NCBI RefSeq assembly: GCF_050320075.1
Contig: NZ_CP190018.1
DNA length: 64,000 nucleotides
Source: Escherichia coli
GTDB taxonomy: Bacteria; Pseudomonadota; Gammaproteobacteria; Enterobacterales; Enterobacteriaceae
Direction: 5' to 3' (one strand)
Positions 21,719 to 36,032 of this stretch are shown piece by piece (position 1 is the stretch's first letter; the number at the start of each line of letters is the position of its first letter). Under the pieces are notes generated by a model, which made no database searches, was not told the origin of the DNA, and was given only the letters and a program-made list of their open reading frames with translations. The position numbers and the translations under genes were made by a program.

Positions 21719-22588
21719 TTAGCGATCGTCACTTAAATTAAGTAACTGCTTATCAAAACGCGATTCCTTCAGCGCTTCCTTGACCCGCTTCAAGTTATCT
21801 CTGAATTTTGCACCGCGTCGCAAAGTAAATCCTGTCGCCAGCACATCTATCACGGTCAGCTGTGCAAGTCGAGAAACCATGGGCATATAAATGTCAGTAT
21901 CTTCCGGTACGTCGAGGGTAATTGCTAGCGTGGCTTCCCGGGCGAGCGGGGTACCTGCAGAGGTGAGGGCAATCACCATGGCGTCGTTTTCGCGTGCCAG
22001 CTGCGCCAGCTCGACCAGATTTTTTGTTCTTCCCGTGTGAGAAATCAGCACCACCACGTCTCCGTCGCTACAATTCATACAACTCATGCGTTGCAGCACA
22101 ATATCATCGGAGTACACCACCGGAACATTAAAACGAAAGAACTTATTCATCGCATCGTGGGCAACAGCGGCAGAAGAGCCTAATCCGAAAAAGGCGATTT
22201 TTTTTGCCTGAGTGAGTAAGTCGACGGCGCGGTTGATGGCAGATTTATCCAATGAATGACGGACATGATCGAGCGTTGCCATTGCGGACTCAAATATTTT
22301 CCCCGTGTATGATTCAACGCTGTCATCTTCATTGACGTTGCGATTAACATAGGGAGTGCCATTCGCCAGACTTTGTGCCAGATGAAGTTTAAAATCAGGA
22401 AAACCGCGCGTGTCCATGCTGCGACAGAAACGATTCACCGTCGGTTCGCTAACATTGGCTTCCAGCGCCAGAGCAGCAATACTCGAATGGATCGCGTTAT
22501 CGGGCGAAGCCAGAATGACCTCGGCAACTTTGCGCTCTGATTTGCTCAAATGTTCCAGCTGAGACTGGATTTTTTCCAGCATATTCAT
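21719..22588 (-). CDS. hexR: RpiR/HexR-family transcriptional regulator
   Basis: N-terminal HTH and C-terminal SIS domain; divergent from zwf. Confidence 0.9.
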   Translation of the reverse strand: MNMLEKIQSQLEHLSKSERKVAEVILASPDNAIHSSIAALALEANVSEPTVNRFCRSMDTRGFPDFKLHLAQSLANGTPYVNRNVNEDDSVESYTGKIFESAMATLDHVRHSLDKSAINRAVDLLTQAKKIAFFGLGSSAAVAHDAMNKFFRFNVPVVYSDDIVLQRMSCMNCSDGDVVVLISHTGRTKNLVELAQLARENDAMVIALTSAGTPLAREATLAITLDVPEDTDIYMPMVSRLAQLTVIDVLATGFTLRRGAKFRDNLKRVKEALKESRFDKQLLNLSDDR

Positions 22589-22925
22589 GATGTAAAGAGA
22601 CTCACGGGTAATGACGATTTCCGCACTGAAAGAAATCGAAATGCAGTTTTGTCAGATATTACGCCTGTGTGCTGTGTTAATGACAAAAGCAGATAAAAAA
22701 GTTGTTATTTTTTTTCATAACATGATCAGTGTCAGATTTTTACCCAATGGAAAACGATGATTTTTTTATCAGTTTTGCCGCACTTTGCGCGCTTTTACCG
22801 TAATCGCACGGGTGGATAAGCGTTTACAGTTTTCGCAAGCTCGTAAAAGCAGTACAGTGCACCGTAAGAAAATTACAAGTATACCCTGGCTTAAGTACCG
22901 GGATAGTTAACTTAAGGAGAATGAC

Positions 22926-24401
22926 ATGGCGGTAACGCAAACAGCCCAGGCCTGTGACCTGGTCATTTTCGGCGCGAAAGGCGACCTTGCGCGTCGTAAA
23001 TTGCTGCCTTCCCTGTATCAACTGGAAAAAGCCGGTCAGCTCAACCCGGACACCCGGATTATCGGCGTAGGGCGTGCTGACTGGGATAAAGCGGCTTATA
23101 CCAAAGTTGTCCGCGAGGCGCTCGAAACTTTCATGAAAGAAACCATTGATGAAGGTTTATGGGACACCCTGAGTGCACGTCTGGATTTTTGTAATCTCGA
23201 TGTCAATGACACTGCTGCATTCAGCCGTCTCGGCGCGATGCTGGATCAAAAAAATCGTATCACCATTAACTACTTTGCCATGCCGCCCAGCACTTTTGGC
23301 GCAATTTGCAAAGGGCTTGGCGAGGCAAAACTGAATGCTAAACCGGCACGCGTAGTCATGGAGAAACCGCTGGGGACGTCGCTGGCGACCTCGCAGGAAA
23401 TCAACGATCAGGTTGGCGAATACTTCGAGGAGTGCCAGGTTTACCGTATCGACCACTATCTTGGTAAAGAAACGGTGCTGAACCTGTTGGCGCTGCGTTT
23501 TGCTAACTCTCTGTTTGTGAACAACTGGGACAATCGCACCATCGATCATGTTGAGATTACCGTGGCAGAAGAAGTGGGGATCGAAGGGCGCTGGGGCTAT
23601 TTTGATAAAGCCGGTCAGATGCGCGACATGATCCAGAACCACCTGCTGCAAATTCTTTGCATGATTGCGATGTCTCCGCCGTCTGACCTGAGTGCAGACA
23701 GCATCCGCGATGAAAAAGTGAAAGTACTGAAGTCTCTGCGCCGTATTGACCGCTCCAACGTACGCGAAAAAACCGTACGCGGGCAATATACTGCGGGCTT
23801 CGCCCAGGGCAAAAAAGTGCCGGGATATCTGGAAGAAGAGGGCGCGAACAAGAGCAGCAATACAGAAACCTTCGTGGCGATCCGCGTCGACATTGATAAC
23901 TGGCGCTGGGCCGGTGTGCCATTCTACCTGCGTACTGGTAAACGTCTGCCGACCAAATGCTCTGAAGTCGTGGTCTATTTCAAAACACCTGAACTGAATC
24001 TGTTTAAAGAGTCGTGGCAGGATCTACCGCAAAATAAACTGACTATCCGTCTGCAACCTGATGAAGGCGTGGATATCCAGGTACTGAATAAAGTTCCTGG
24101 CCTTGACCACAAACATAACCTGCAAATCACCAAGCTGGACCTGAGCTATTCAGAAACCTTTAATCAGACGCATCTGGCGGATGCCTATGAACGTCTGCTG
24201 CTGGAAACCATGCGTGGTATTCAGGCACTGTTTGTTCGTCGTGATGAAGTGGAAGAAGCCTGGAAATGGGTAGACTCCATTACTGAGGCGTGGGCGATGG
24301 ACAATGATGCGCCGAAACCGTATCAGGCCGGAACCTGGGGACCCGTTGCCTCGGTGGCAATGATTACCCGTGATGGTCGTTCCTGGAATGAGTTTGAGTA
24401 A
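22926..24401 (+). CDS. zwf: glucose-6-phosphate 1-dehydrogenase
   Basis: [20 protein letters not shown]-binding motif and RIDHYLGKE active-site motif. Confidence 0.95.
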   Translation: MAVTQTAQACDLVIFGAKGDLARRKLLPSLYQLEKAGQLNPDTRIIGVGRADWDKAAYTKVVREALETFMKETIDEGLWDTLSARLDFCNLDVNDTAAFSRLGAMLDQKNRITINYFAMPPSTFGAICKGLGEAKLNAKPARVVMEKPLGTSLATSQEINDQVGEYFEECQVYRIDHYLGKETVLNLLALRFANSLFVNNWDNRTIDHVEITVAEEVGIEGRWGYFDKAGQMRDMIQNHLLQILCMIAMSPPSDLSADSIRDEKVKVLKSLRRIDRSNVREKTVRGQYTAGFAQGKKVPGYLEEEGANKSSNTETFVAIRVDIDNWRWAGVPFYLRTGKRLPTKCSEVVVYFKTPELNLFKESWQDLPQNKLTIRLQPDEGVDIQVLNKVPGLDHKHNLQITKLDLSYSETFNQTHLADAYERLLLETMRGIQALFVRRDEVEEAWKWVDSITEAWAMDNDAPKPYQAGTWGPVASVAMITRDGRSWNEFE

Positions 24402-24425
24402 TATCTGCGCTTATCCTTTATGGTT

Positions 24426-24441
24426 ATTTTACCGGTAACAT
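24426..24441. promoter_or_regulatory. GntR-type operator candidate upstream of edd
   Basis: Perfect palindrome TTACCGGTAA (24429-24438) within TTTTACCGGTAACAT, resembling the recalled GntR operator consensus. Confidence 0.4.
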
Positions 24442-24635
24442 GATCTTGCACAGATTGTAGAACAATTTTTACACTTTCAGGCCTCGTGCGGATTCACCCA
24501 CGAGGCTTTTTTTATTACACTGACTGAAACGTTTTTGCCCTATGAGCTCCGGTTACAGGCGTTTCAGTCATAAATCCTCTGAATGAAGCGCGTTGTGAAT
24601 CATCCTGCTCTGACAACTCAATTTCAGGAGCCTTT

Positions 24636-26447
24636 ATGAATCCACAATTGTTACGCGTAACAAATCGAATCATTGAACGTTCGCGCGAGACTCGCTCTGC
24701 TTACCTCGCCCGGATAGAACAAGCGAAAACTTCGACCGTTCATCGTTCGCAGTTGGCATGTGGTAACCTGGCACACGGTTTCGCTGCCTGCCAGCCAGAA
24801 GACAAAGCCTCTTTGAAAAGCATGTTGCGTAACAATATCGCCATCATCACCTCCTATAACGACATGCTCTCCGCGCACCAGCCTTATGAACACTATCCAG
24901 AAATCATTCGTAAAGCCCTGCATGAAGCAAATGCGGTTGGTCAGGTTGCGGGCGGTGTTCCGGCGATGTGTGATGGTGTCACCCAGGGGCAGGATGGAAT
25001 GGAATTGTCGCTGTTAAGCCGCGAAGTGATTGCGATGTCTGCGGCGGTGGGGTTGTCCCATAACATGTTTGATGGTGCGCTGTTCCTCGGAGTGTGCGAC
25101 AAGATTGTTCCGGGTCTGACTATGGCAGCCCTGTCGTTTGGGCATTTGCCTGCGGTGTTTGTGCCGTCTGGACCGATGGCAAGCGGTTTGCCAAATAAAG
25201 AAAAAGTGCGTATTCGCCAGCTTTATGCCGAAGGTAAAGTGGACCGCATGGCATTACTGGAGTCAGAAGCCGCGTCTTATCATGCGCCGGGAACATGTAC
25301 TTTCTACGGTACTGCCAACACCAACCAGATGGTGGTGGAGTTTATGGGGATGCAGTTGCCAGGCTCTTCTTTTGTTCATCCGGATTCTCCGCTGCGCGAT
25401 GCTTTGACCGCAGCCGCTGCGCGCCAGGTTACACGCATGACCGGTAATGGTAATGAATGGATGCCGATCGGTAAGATGATCGATGAGAAAGTGGTGGTGA
25501 ACGGTATCGTTGCACTGCTGGCGACCGGTGGTTCCACTAACCACACCATGCACCTGGTGGCGATGGCTCGCGCGGCCGGTATTCAGATTAACTGGGATGA
25601 CTTCTCTGACCTTTCTGATGTTGTACCGCTGATGGCACGTCTCTACCCGAACGGTCCGGCCGATATTAACCACTTCCAGGCGGCAGGTGGCGTACCGGTT
25701 CTGGTGCGTGAACTGCTCAAAGCAGGCCTGCTGCATGAAGATGTCAATACGGTGGCTGGTTTTGGTCTGTCTCGTTATACCCTTGAACCATGGCTGAATA
25801 ATGGTGAACTGGACTGGCGGGAAGGGGCGGAAAAATCACTCGACAGCAATGTGATCGCTTCCTTCGAACAACCTTTCTCTCATCATGGTGGGACAAAAGT
25901 GTTAAGCGGTAACCTGGGCCGTGCGGTTATGAAAACCTCTGCCGTGCCGGTTGAGAACCAGGTGATTGAAGCGCCTGCGGTTGTTTTTGAAAGCCAGCAT
26001 GACGTTATGCCGGCTTTTGAAGCGGGTTTGCTGGACCGCGATTGTGTCGTTGTTGTCCGTCATCAGGGGCCAAAAGCGAACGGAATGCCAGAATTACATA
26101 AACTCATGCCGCCACTTGGTGTATTATTGGACCGGTGTTTCAAAATTGCGTTAGTTACTGATGGACGACTCTCCGGCGCTTCAGGTAAAGTGCCGTCAGC
26201 TATCCACGTAACACCAGAAGCCTACGATGGCGGGCTGCTGGCAAAAGTGCGCGACGGGGACATCATTCGTGTGAATGGACAGACAGGCGAACTGACGCTG
26301 CTGGTAGACGAAGCGGAACTGGCTGCTCGCGAACCACACATTCCTGACCTGAGCGCGTCACGCGTGGGAACAGGACGTGAATTATTCAGCGCCTTGCGTG
26401 AAAAACTGTCCGGTGCCGAACAGGGCGCAACCTGTATCACTTTTTAA
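24636..26447 (+). CDS. edd: phosphogluconate dehydratase
   Basis: 603-aa ILVD/EDD-family dehydratase. Confidence 0.95.
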   Translation: MNPQLLRVTNRIIERSRETRSAYLARIEQAKTSTVHRSQLACGNLAHGFAACQPEDKASLKSMLRNNIAIITSYNDMLSAHQPYEHYPEIIRKALHEANAVGQVAGGVPAMCDGVTQGQDGMELSLLSREVIAMSAAVGLSHNMFDGALFLGVCDKIVPGLTMAALSFGHLPAVFVPSGPMASGLPNKEKVRIRQLYAEGKVDRMALLESEAASYHAPGTCTFYGTANTNQMVVEFMGMQLPGSSFVHPDSPLRDALTAAAARQVTRMTGNGNEWMPIGKMIDEKVVVNGIVALLATGGSTNHTMHLVAMARAAGIQINWDDFSDLSDVVPLMARLYPNGPADINHFQAAGGVPVLVRELLKAGLLHEDVNTVAGFGLSRYTLEPWLNNGELDWREGAEKSLDSNVIASFEQPFSHHGGTKVLSGNLGRAVMKTSAVPVENQVIEAPAVVFESQHDVMPAFEAGLLDRDCVVVVRHQGPKANGMPELHKLMPPLGVLLDRCFKIALVTDGRLSGASGKVPSAIHVTPEAYDGGLLAKVRDGDIIRVNGQTGELTLLVDEAELAAREPHIPDLSASRVGTGRELFSALREKLSGAEQGATCITF

Positions 26448-26483
26448 GACGACAAATTTGTAATCAGGCGAGAGAAAACTCTG

Positions 26484-27125
26484 ATGAAAAACTGGAAAAC
26501 AAGTGCAGAATCAATCCTGACCACCGGCCCGGTTGTACCGGTTATCGTGGTAAAAAAACTGGAACACGCGGTGCCGATGGCTAAAGCGTTGGTTGCTGGT
26601 GGGGTGCGCGTTCTGGAAGTGACTCTGCGTACCGAGTGTGCAGTTGACGCTATCCGTGCTATCGCCAAAGAAGTGCCTGAAGCGATTGTGGGTGCCGGTA
26701 CGGTGCTGAATCCACAGCAGCTGGCAGAAGTCACCGAAGCGGGTGCACAGTTCGCAATTAGCCCGGGTCTGACCGAGCCGCTGCTGAAGGCTGCTACCGA
26801 AGGGACTATTCCTCTGATTCCGGGGATCAGCACTGTTTCCGAACTGATGCTGGGTATGGACTACGGTTTGAAAGAGTTCAAATTCTTCCCGGCTGAAGCT
26901 AACGGCGGTGTGAAAGCCCTGCAGGCGATCGCGGGTCCGTTCTCCCAGGTCCGTTTCTGCCCGACGGGTGGTATTTCTCCGGCTAACTACCGTGACTACC
27001 TGGCGCTGAAAAGCGTGCTGTGCATCGGTGGTTCCTGGCTGGTTCCGGCAGATGCGCTGGAAGCGGGCGATTACGACCGCATTACTAAGCTGGCGCGTGA
27101 AGCTGTAGAAGGCGCTAAGCTGTAA
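26484..27125 (+). CDS. eda: KHG/KDPG aldolase
   Basis: 213-aa [26 protein letters not shown]. Confidence 0.95.
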
Positions 27126-27128
27126 AAG

Positions 27129-27160
27129 TCAAAATGCCCGATCCTCGATCGGGCATTTTG
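27129..27160. terminator. bidirectional intrinsic terminator between eda and purT
   Basis: AAAATGCCCGATC-CTC-GATCGGGCATTTT, a perfect hairpin flanked by A- and T-runs. Confidence 0.6.
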
Positions 27161-27179
27161 GTAGCGTTTTTCGCCGGGG

Positions 27180-28358
27180 TTAAGCTTGTACTTTTATCTG
27201 TGCTGCGGCGTGCTTTGCGCGCTCAATCGCTTCATCAACACTCTCAGCGGTCGCCAGCGCAACACCCAGACGACGGCTGCCATCAATTTCCGGCTTACCA
27301 AATAAACGAATCTGTAGGCCTGCGCCTACGGCATTCTGCACATTATCAAACGTGACATTCTCACTGGTCAGTTGTGGCAGGATAACGGCAGAAGCTGCAG
27401 GACCATACTGACGGATCCCGCCAACCGGAAGTCCGAGAAAGGCTCGCACATGCAGGGCAAACTCCGAGAGATCCTGAGAAATTAACGTCACCATCCCGGT
27501 ATCATGTGGGCGAGGGGAGACCTCACTGAAAATCACCTCATCACCACAGACAAACAGCTCGACACCAAACAGCCCATAACCGCCCAGTGCCAGCACCACT
27601 TTACGGGCAATTTCTTGCGCACGTTCCAAAGCCAGCTGGCTCATTTGCTGTGGTTGCCAGGATTCACGATAGTCGCCATCTTCCTGGCGATGACCTACCG
27701 GTGCACAGAAATGGACGCCATCCACCGCGCTGACGGTTAGCAGGGTAATTTCGAAATCAAACTTGACGACGCCTTCAACAATTACGCGGCCCGCTCCGGC
27801 GCGACCGCCTTGCTGAGCGTACTCCCATGCATGAGCAAGTTGCTCTGCAGAACGAATAAACGTCTGCCCCTTGCCGGAGGAACTCATCACCGGTTTAACA
27901 ATGCAGGGATAGCCGATTTCAGCAACCGCCTTGCGGAAAAGGTTTTCGTTATCGGCAAAACGATAAGTGGAAGTGGGCAGCTGCAGCTCTTCTGCCGCCA
28001 GGCGACGGATACCCTCGCGATTCATCGTTAATTTCGTTGCGCGCGCGCAGGGGACAACATTCAGTCCTTCCTCTTCAAGTTGGATCAGCATATCGGTGGC
28101 AATAGCTTCGATCTCCGGCACGATATAATGTGGTTTTTCCAGTTCAACCACACGGCGTAATGCATCACCATCAAGCATATTAATGACATGGGAGCGATGC
28201 GCGACATGCATAGCTGGCGCGTCGGCATAGCGATCGACGGCAATCACCTCTACGCCGAGACGCTGACACTCGATTGCCACTTCTTTACCCAGTTCACCGG
28301 AGCCTAATAACATCACGCGAGTTGCTGCCGGACGCAGCGCAGTGCCTAATAACGTCAT
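27180..28358 (-). CDS. purT: formate-dependent phosphoribosylglycinamide formyltransferase
   Basis: 392-aa ATP-grasp protein [27 protein letters not shown]. Confidence 0.95.
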   Translation of the reverse strand: MTLLGTALRPAATRVMLLGSGELGKEVAIECQRLGVEVIAVDRYADAPAMHVAHRSHVINMLDGDALRRVVELEKPHYIVPEIEAIATDMLIQLEEEGLNVVPCARATKLTMNREGIRRLAAEELQLPTSTYRFADNENLFRKAVAEIGYPCIVKPVMSSSGKGQTFIRSAEQLAHAWEYAQQGGRAGAGRVIVEGVVKFDFEITLLTVSAVDGVHFCAPVGHRQEDGDYRESWQPQQMSQLALERAQEIARKVVLALGGYGLFGVELFVCGDEVIFSEVSPRPHDTGMVTLISQDLSEFALHVRAFLGLPVGGIRQYGPAASAVILPQLTSENVTFDNVQNAVGAGLQIRLFGKPEIDGSRRLGVALATAESVDEAIERAKHAAAQIKVQA

Positions 28359-28394
28359 AACGAATATCCCCTGATTAATTCCGCGCGCAGTATA

Positions 28395-28410
28395 AACGAA
28401 AACGTTTGCG
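28395..28410. promoter_or_regulatory. PurR box upstream of purT
   Basis: ACGAAAACGTTTGCGC (reads ACGCAAACGTTTTCGT on the purT strand), the canonical PurR operator palindrome. Confidence 0.55.
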
Positions 28411-28452
28411 CGTGTCTTTATTGCTGATATTGATTTTCCAACCGAAAAGAAA

Positions 28453-28472
28453 TATACTGTATAAAATCACAG
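28453..28472. promoter_or_regulatory. LexA (SOS) box upstream of yebG
   Basis: TACTGTATAAAATCACAGTT, a CTGT-N8-ACAG box about 20 bp upstream of yebG. Confidence 0.6.
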
Positions 28473-28491
28473 TTATTATGAGAGGCTGCAA

Positions 28492-28782
28492 ATGGCGGTT
28501 GAAGTTAAATACGTAGTCATTCGTGAGGGCGAAGAGAAAATGTCGTTTACCAGCAAAAAGGAAGCCGATGCTTATGACAAAATGCTTGATACGGCGGATC
28601 TGCTTGACACCTGGCTGACAAATTCTCCAGTGCAAATGGAAGACGAGCAACGTGAAGCCCTTTCGCTATGGCTGGCAGAACAAAAAGATGTGCTGAGCAC
28701 CATTCTGAAAACCGGCAAATTACCGTCCCCACAGGTCGTCGGTGCTGAATCCGAAGAGGAAGATGCCTCACACGCGGCCTGA
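28492..28782 (+). CDS. yebG: SOS-inducible protein YebG
   Basis: 96-aa ORF MAVEVKYVVIREGEEKMSF. Confidence 0.85.
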   Translation: MAVEVKYVVIREGEEKMSFTSKKEADAYDKMLDTADLLDTWLTNSPVQMEDEQREALSLWLAEQKDVLSTILKTGKLPSPQVVGAESEEEDASHAA

Positions 28783-28800
28783 AGCAACTTGCGCTCCTGA

Positions 28801-29205
<405 letters not shown>

Positions 29206-29531
29206 TGGCTTCTGATAATTCGATTGACCGTTGGCGGATGCGGCGCGAGTGCCTTATCCGCCCCACAACGCACCACAATCGTAGGCCTGAGAAGACGCAA
29301 CAGCGTCGCATCGGGCAATCAGCATCAAACAGTGCTACTCAAAACGTCAAACTACTTTCACCTAAAATACCCTTATCATCTGATATACAGTGAACACCTT
29401 ACCTGGCGGGAATTTCTTTGAATAACGGCCAACCGCCCCGCTTATTTGCGCATCTTTTGTCTCGATATACATTTTCTGACATCCTCATCCGCTATGCTAC
29501 AGGCACTAAAAATGGTTATTGAGGAGCAAAT

Positions 29532-30191
29532 ATGGCTAACTGGTTAAATCAACTGCAATCCCTGCTTGGGCAAAGCAGTTCTTCTGCCTCCTCGTCTGCG
29601 GATCAGGGATTGGGCAAACTTTTAGTGCCGGGCGCATTAGGCGGACTGGCTGGGCTGCTGGTCGCAAATAAATCAGCACGTAAACTTCTTACGAAATATG
29701 GCACCAACGCGTTGCTGGTTGGCGGCGGAGCGGTAGCGGGTACGGTGCTGTGGAATAAATACAAAGATAAAATTCGCGCGGCGCATCAGGACGAACCGCA
29801 GTTTGGCGCGCAAAGTACGCCGCTGGATGAGCGTACTGAACGTTTGATCCTTGCGCTGGTCTTTGCCGCTAAAAGTGATGGTCATATTGATGCCAAAGAA
29901 CGTGCGGCAATCGATCAGCAATTGCGTGAAGCCGGCGTGGAAGAGCAGGGGCGTGTACTCATTGAGCAGGCAATCGAACAACCGCTGGATCCACAACGCC
30001 TGGCTACCGGGGTCCGCAATGAAGAAGAGGCGCTGGAAATCTATTTCCTGAGCTGCGCGGCTATTGATATTGACCATTTTATGGAACGCAGTTACCTGAA
30101 TGCACTGGGTGACGCGCTGAAAATCCCCCAGGACGTTCGTGAAGGCATTGAACGCGATCTCGAACAACAAAAACGCACTTTGGCGGAATAA
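29532..30191 (+). CDS. yebE: DUF533-family inner-membrane protein YebE
   Basis: 219-aa [28 protein letters not shown]. Confidence 0.85.
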   Translation: MANWLNQLQSLLGQSSSSASSSADQGLGKLLVPGALGGLAGLLVANKSARKLLTKYGTNALLVGGGAVAGTVLWNKYKDKIRAAHQDEPQFGAQSTPLDERTERLILALVFAAKSDGHIDAKERAAIDQQLREAGVEEQGRVLIEQAIEQPLDPQRLATGVRNEEEALEIYFLSCAAIDIDHFMERSYLNALGDALKIPQDVREGIERDLEQQKRTLAE

Positions 30192-30354
30192 TTCCGCTCT
30201 CTGGATAGCCTGAAGTTGACTATTTCGGGCTATCCAGAACCGCACAGCCATTTGAGCAGGCTGATTTTCTCTGTCTGCATAACATTCGATATCCGCGCCA
30301 TTACCTGTCATCATGTGACTGCTCCCCGCCCTGTCGGGCGAGGCTTCCCACTTC

Positions 30355-31524
30355 TTAAGCCGCAACCGTCTGTGTGACGGATTTACGCTGGCCTCCATGG
30401 GCAGAAACGACGAGTCCCGCCGCTTGTAATTCCAGTATGCCCTTGCGTTTGATGTTGAGCGCCGCGTTGATATCGCGGTCATGTTCAACTCCACACTCTG
30501 GACACTGCCAGATGCGCTTATGTAATGGCATCTCCGACATTTTGTGACCGCAGCAGTGGCAGGTCTTCGAACTGGCGAACCATTGATCCAGTTTCACCAG
30601 ATGCACACCTTTCTCTGTTGCTTTGTATTCCAGTTTTGTGATGAATCCAGACCATCCAGCATCGCCTATCGCACGAGCCAGATGGTGATTTTTCATCATA
30701 TTTGCCATTTTCAATGTCTCGACAATTACCGCTTGGTTTTCGTCAACAATTGCGCGAGATAACTTGTGCTGGAAATCGGCACGGGCACCGGCTACCCGTT
30801 CGTGAACGGCTGCAAGTTGTATTCTGGCTTTGCGCCTGTTTGCGCTCCCTTTTTTCTTACGGGACAGTGCTTTCTGCTTCCGGCGCAGGTTGCGACTTGC
30901 ATTGATTAGGTGGCGGGGACTGGCAATTTTATTGCCGTCCGATTTGATGACAAAATGCGCCAGCCCCATATCCAGCCCTGTCACATTTGATATCAGTGCG
31001 GGCTTTGCCGGCGCTTCCATCCCGTCGTCACAGAGTAACGACGCGTAGTATTTCCCGGTTGCGCTGCGGCTCAACGTGATACTTTTCAGCATTCCCGTAA
31101 TTTCACGATGTAAACGCGCTTCAATCGGCAAGATTTTCGGTATTTTTATCGCAGCATCAAGGACTTTTATGCCAACACAATGGTAGCTCGATTGTCTGCC
31201 GTGTTTACTTTTAAAGGTAGGTTTACCTGCTTTCAGTTTCGGATTGAAAAAGTTAGAAAAAGCCACGTCGAGGTTAATTACCGCCTGCTGCAACGCAATA
31301 GAATCATATTCTTTAAGCCATCCATACCGGCGGGATTTCTTCGCCACTGCAAGCAGTGGTTTGAGGTCTTTACGCGGGTTTAAATTTACGCGGTGCCGCT
31401 GGTAAGAATGTTTCTTGATATGCAGAGCTTTGTTGTACGCAAAACGCACTGCACCGAACTGGGCGTTGATAAATTCAGCCTGTTCTGGTGTCGGGTAGAT
31501 GCGTACTTTTGTTGCTCTTAACAT
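30355..31524 (-). CDS. tnpB: IS200/IS605-family TnpB (OrfB; RuvC-like RNA-guided nuclease family)
   Basis: 389-aa ORF with an OrfB N-terminal HTH region, a RuvC-like core and a C-terminal zinc finger (CHCCGHKMSEMPLHKRIWQCPECGVEHDRDINAALNI). Confidence 0.85.
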   Translation of the reverse strand: MLRATKVRIYPTPEQAEFINAQFGAVRFAYNKALHIKKHSYQRHRVNLNPRKDLKPLLAVAKKSRRYGWLKEYDSIALQQAVINLDVAFSNFFNPKLKAGKPTFKSKHGRQSSYHCVGIKVLDAAIKIPKILPIEARLHREITGMLKSITLSRSATGKYYASLLCDDGMEAPAKPALISNVTGLDMGLAHFVIKSDGNKIASPRHLINASRNLRRKQKALSRKKKGSANRRKARIQLAAVHERVAGARADFQHKLSRAIVDENQAVIVETLKMANMMKNHHLARAIGDAGWSGFITKLEYKATEKGVHLVKLDQWFASSKTCHCCGHKMSEMPLHKRIWQCPECGVEHDRDINAALNIKRKGILELQAAGLVVSAHGGQRKSVTQTVAA

Positions 31525-31580
31525 AATCAGCGCTCATTGATATAATGCTTTTATTTTAACACTTTAGGTAAATATATCAA

Positions 31581-32006
31581 TTGAGTAATCATGATGATTT
31601 ACTGGCGGGATTTCTCCGCAAACGACACAGTGTCAGTAAGCTGGTTGTGCACCTTATTTTTACGACAAAGTATCGACGCAAACTATTCGACAGTCAGATG
31701 ATCGCTCAGTTGCGTGAGGCTTTTGGCTCCGCTGCGGCAAAGCTTGAATGCGAAATTATTGAGATGGACGGGGAGCCAGACCATGTACACCTGCTGGTTG
31801 CCTACCCGCCAAAACTGGCGGTCAGTGTGATGGTCAATAATTTAAAATCGGTATCATCACGTTTGCTACGCCAGCAGAACGCGCATTTACGCATGCAGAG
31901 TAAAACGGGGCTTTTGTGGTCGAGATCGTACTTTGTCTGTAGCACCGGAGAGGCAACGATTGAAACGCTCAGAGCCTACGTTCAGAGTCAGTCAACACCT
32001 GATTGA
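31581..32006 (+). CDS. tnpA: IS200/IS605-family TnpA (HuH Y1 transposase)
   Basis: 141-aa ORF with a TTG start; HuH motif HVHLLV and a catalytic-Tyr region WSRSYFVCSTG. Confidence 0.8.
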   Translation: MSNHDDLLAGFLRKRHSVSKLVVHLIFTTKYRRKLFDSQMIAQLREAFGSAAAKLECEIIEMDGEPDHVHLLVAYPPKLAVSVMVNNLKSVSSRLLRQQNAHLRMQSKTGLLWSRSYFVCSTGEATIETLRAYVQSQSTPD

Positions 32007-32135
32007 TCTTTAAAGCCCTGCGGGCTTTTCGCCTTATATCCCCGCCCGCATTGGGCGAGGGTTTACGGCGTTTTTCGCTAAGCAATGACTACCCTGTTTC
32101 GCTTGCATCTCCGGTGAGTTTTGCCACCCTTATAA

Positions 32136-34882
<2,747 letters not shown>

Positions 34883-34905
34883 GGCATGCTCCAGGCCGAA
34901 AAAGC

Positions 34906-35562
34906 CTAGCGTAATGGAATGATATCGCCTTGCCAACCCTGTGATGAACGCTGACCGACTAACAATAATGAACCACGATCGGCGCGAACGATGAGACGAC
35001 CATGTTCATCCCATAGTGCACTGTTACCACGGGCATTTGCCATCAGCACGGCAATTGAGTACTGATGTGAAAAAAATTGTAAGCGGCGGGTAGATGCCAG
35101 TAGGTCGGGTTCCCCCAGACATTGCCCTGTCGTAAACAGTGAACAGGTCGGATCCATATCCATACCTTCCGGTTGTTCATCGACCACCGTGATGGTTCTG
35201 GAACGACGGCCCAGACATGCACCATGACTCTGATGGTAGATCCCTGGTGTTTTTCGCCACGGTGCGAACACCGCAATTCCACGAATAAAGCGATCGTTAT
35301 ATTCAACGGGAAGGCCGGCAATGATGGTCATTCGCCAGGTCGTTGCAGCATAACAAAGCGGGTCTAACAGCGAGAGATCGGGTGGGGCAGGAAGGGCACG
35401 TCGCGAATAATCACACCCCAGTAAAGAAAGCGATGGAAAAACTAACAGCTGACATTGTTGCCTGGCGGCGGCCCTCACAAACTCCAGATGATGAGCTACC
35501 TGTTCGGTCAGTGAGGTTTTACGAGGCTCATATTGCGCTGCTGCAACTTTCCAGAACGACAT
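34906..35562 (-). CDS. yobB: carbon-nitrogen hydrolase-family protein YobB
   Basis: 218-aa ORF in the conserved position between exoX and holE. Confidence 0.8.
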   Translation of the reverse strand: MSFWKVAAAQYEPRKTSLTEQVAHHLEFVRAAARQQCQLLVFPSLSLLGCDYSRRALPAPPDLSLLDPLCYAATTWRMTIIAGLPVEYNDRFIRGIAVFAPWRKTPGIYHQSHGACLGRRSRTITVVDEQPEGMDMDPTCSLFTTGQCLGEPDLLASTRRLQFFSHQYSIAVLMANARGNSALWDEHGRLIVRADRGSLLLVGQRSSQGWQGDIIPLR

Positions 35563-35663
35563 AATGACTTCCTTTTCAAAATGACTGCAAATTATGGGTG
35601 CGGTTTAGAAAATACTCATAATTTAGCAGGCGTTATGTAAGAAAGTGTAACTCTGTATAAGTT

Positions 35664-35894
35664 TTATTTAAGTTTGGGCTCGTAAGGTAAACGTGACAGA
35701 TTGACCGAAGCCAAACGGTGGGCGATAAGCCGCTCGCGAAACCAGCTGCGCAAATGTTCAGGCTGTTCACGTTCAACCGCTTCAGCGATCACCGGCATAT
35801 TGTAGCGTTCTTTAAATGCCACCCCGGCCGCCGCCAAATCGACATTCACTTTATCCATTTCTGTTTGATCCAGTTTAGCCAGATTCTTCAGCAT
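35664..35894 (-). CDS. holE: DNA polymerase III theta subunit
   Basis: [35 protein letters not shown]; trimmed to 76 aa. Confidence 0.85.
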
Positions 35895-36032
35895 TCTTAA
35901 TCTCCTCATCATTCGCGGGCAAAAGTTACTAAGAGTGAGCCTGGATGGCAAGCCGGAATTGATGATCCTCGACTCAGACATTAGACAAGGTTATGCTCTG
36001 TAAAAAAGTTATTACAAAAAGGAATAGATAAT

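Larger units (their letters stand above)
30290..32100 (-). mobile_element. IS200/IS605-family insertion sequence with divergent tnpA and tnpB; boundaries approximate
   Basis: TnpA (HuH Y1 transposase) and TnpB sit back to back between yebE and ptrB; similar CCCCGCCC-N4/5-GGGCGAGG hairpins at 30324-30343 and 32040-32060 in the same orientation look like subterminal palindromes. Confidence 0.65.

Noticed and set aside
29673-30494. 273-aa minus-strand ORF spanning yebE and the IS right end
   Set aside because: Crosses the boundary between a host gene and the insertion sequence, so it cannot be an ancestral gene; antisense to yebE.
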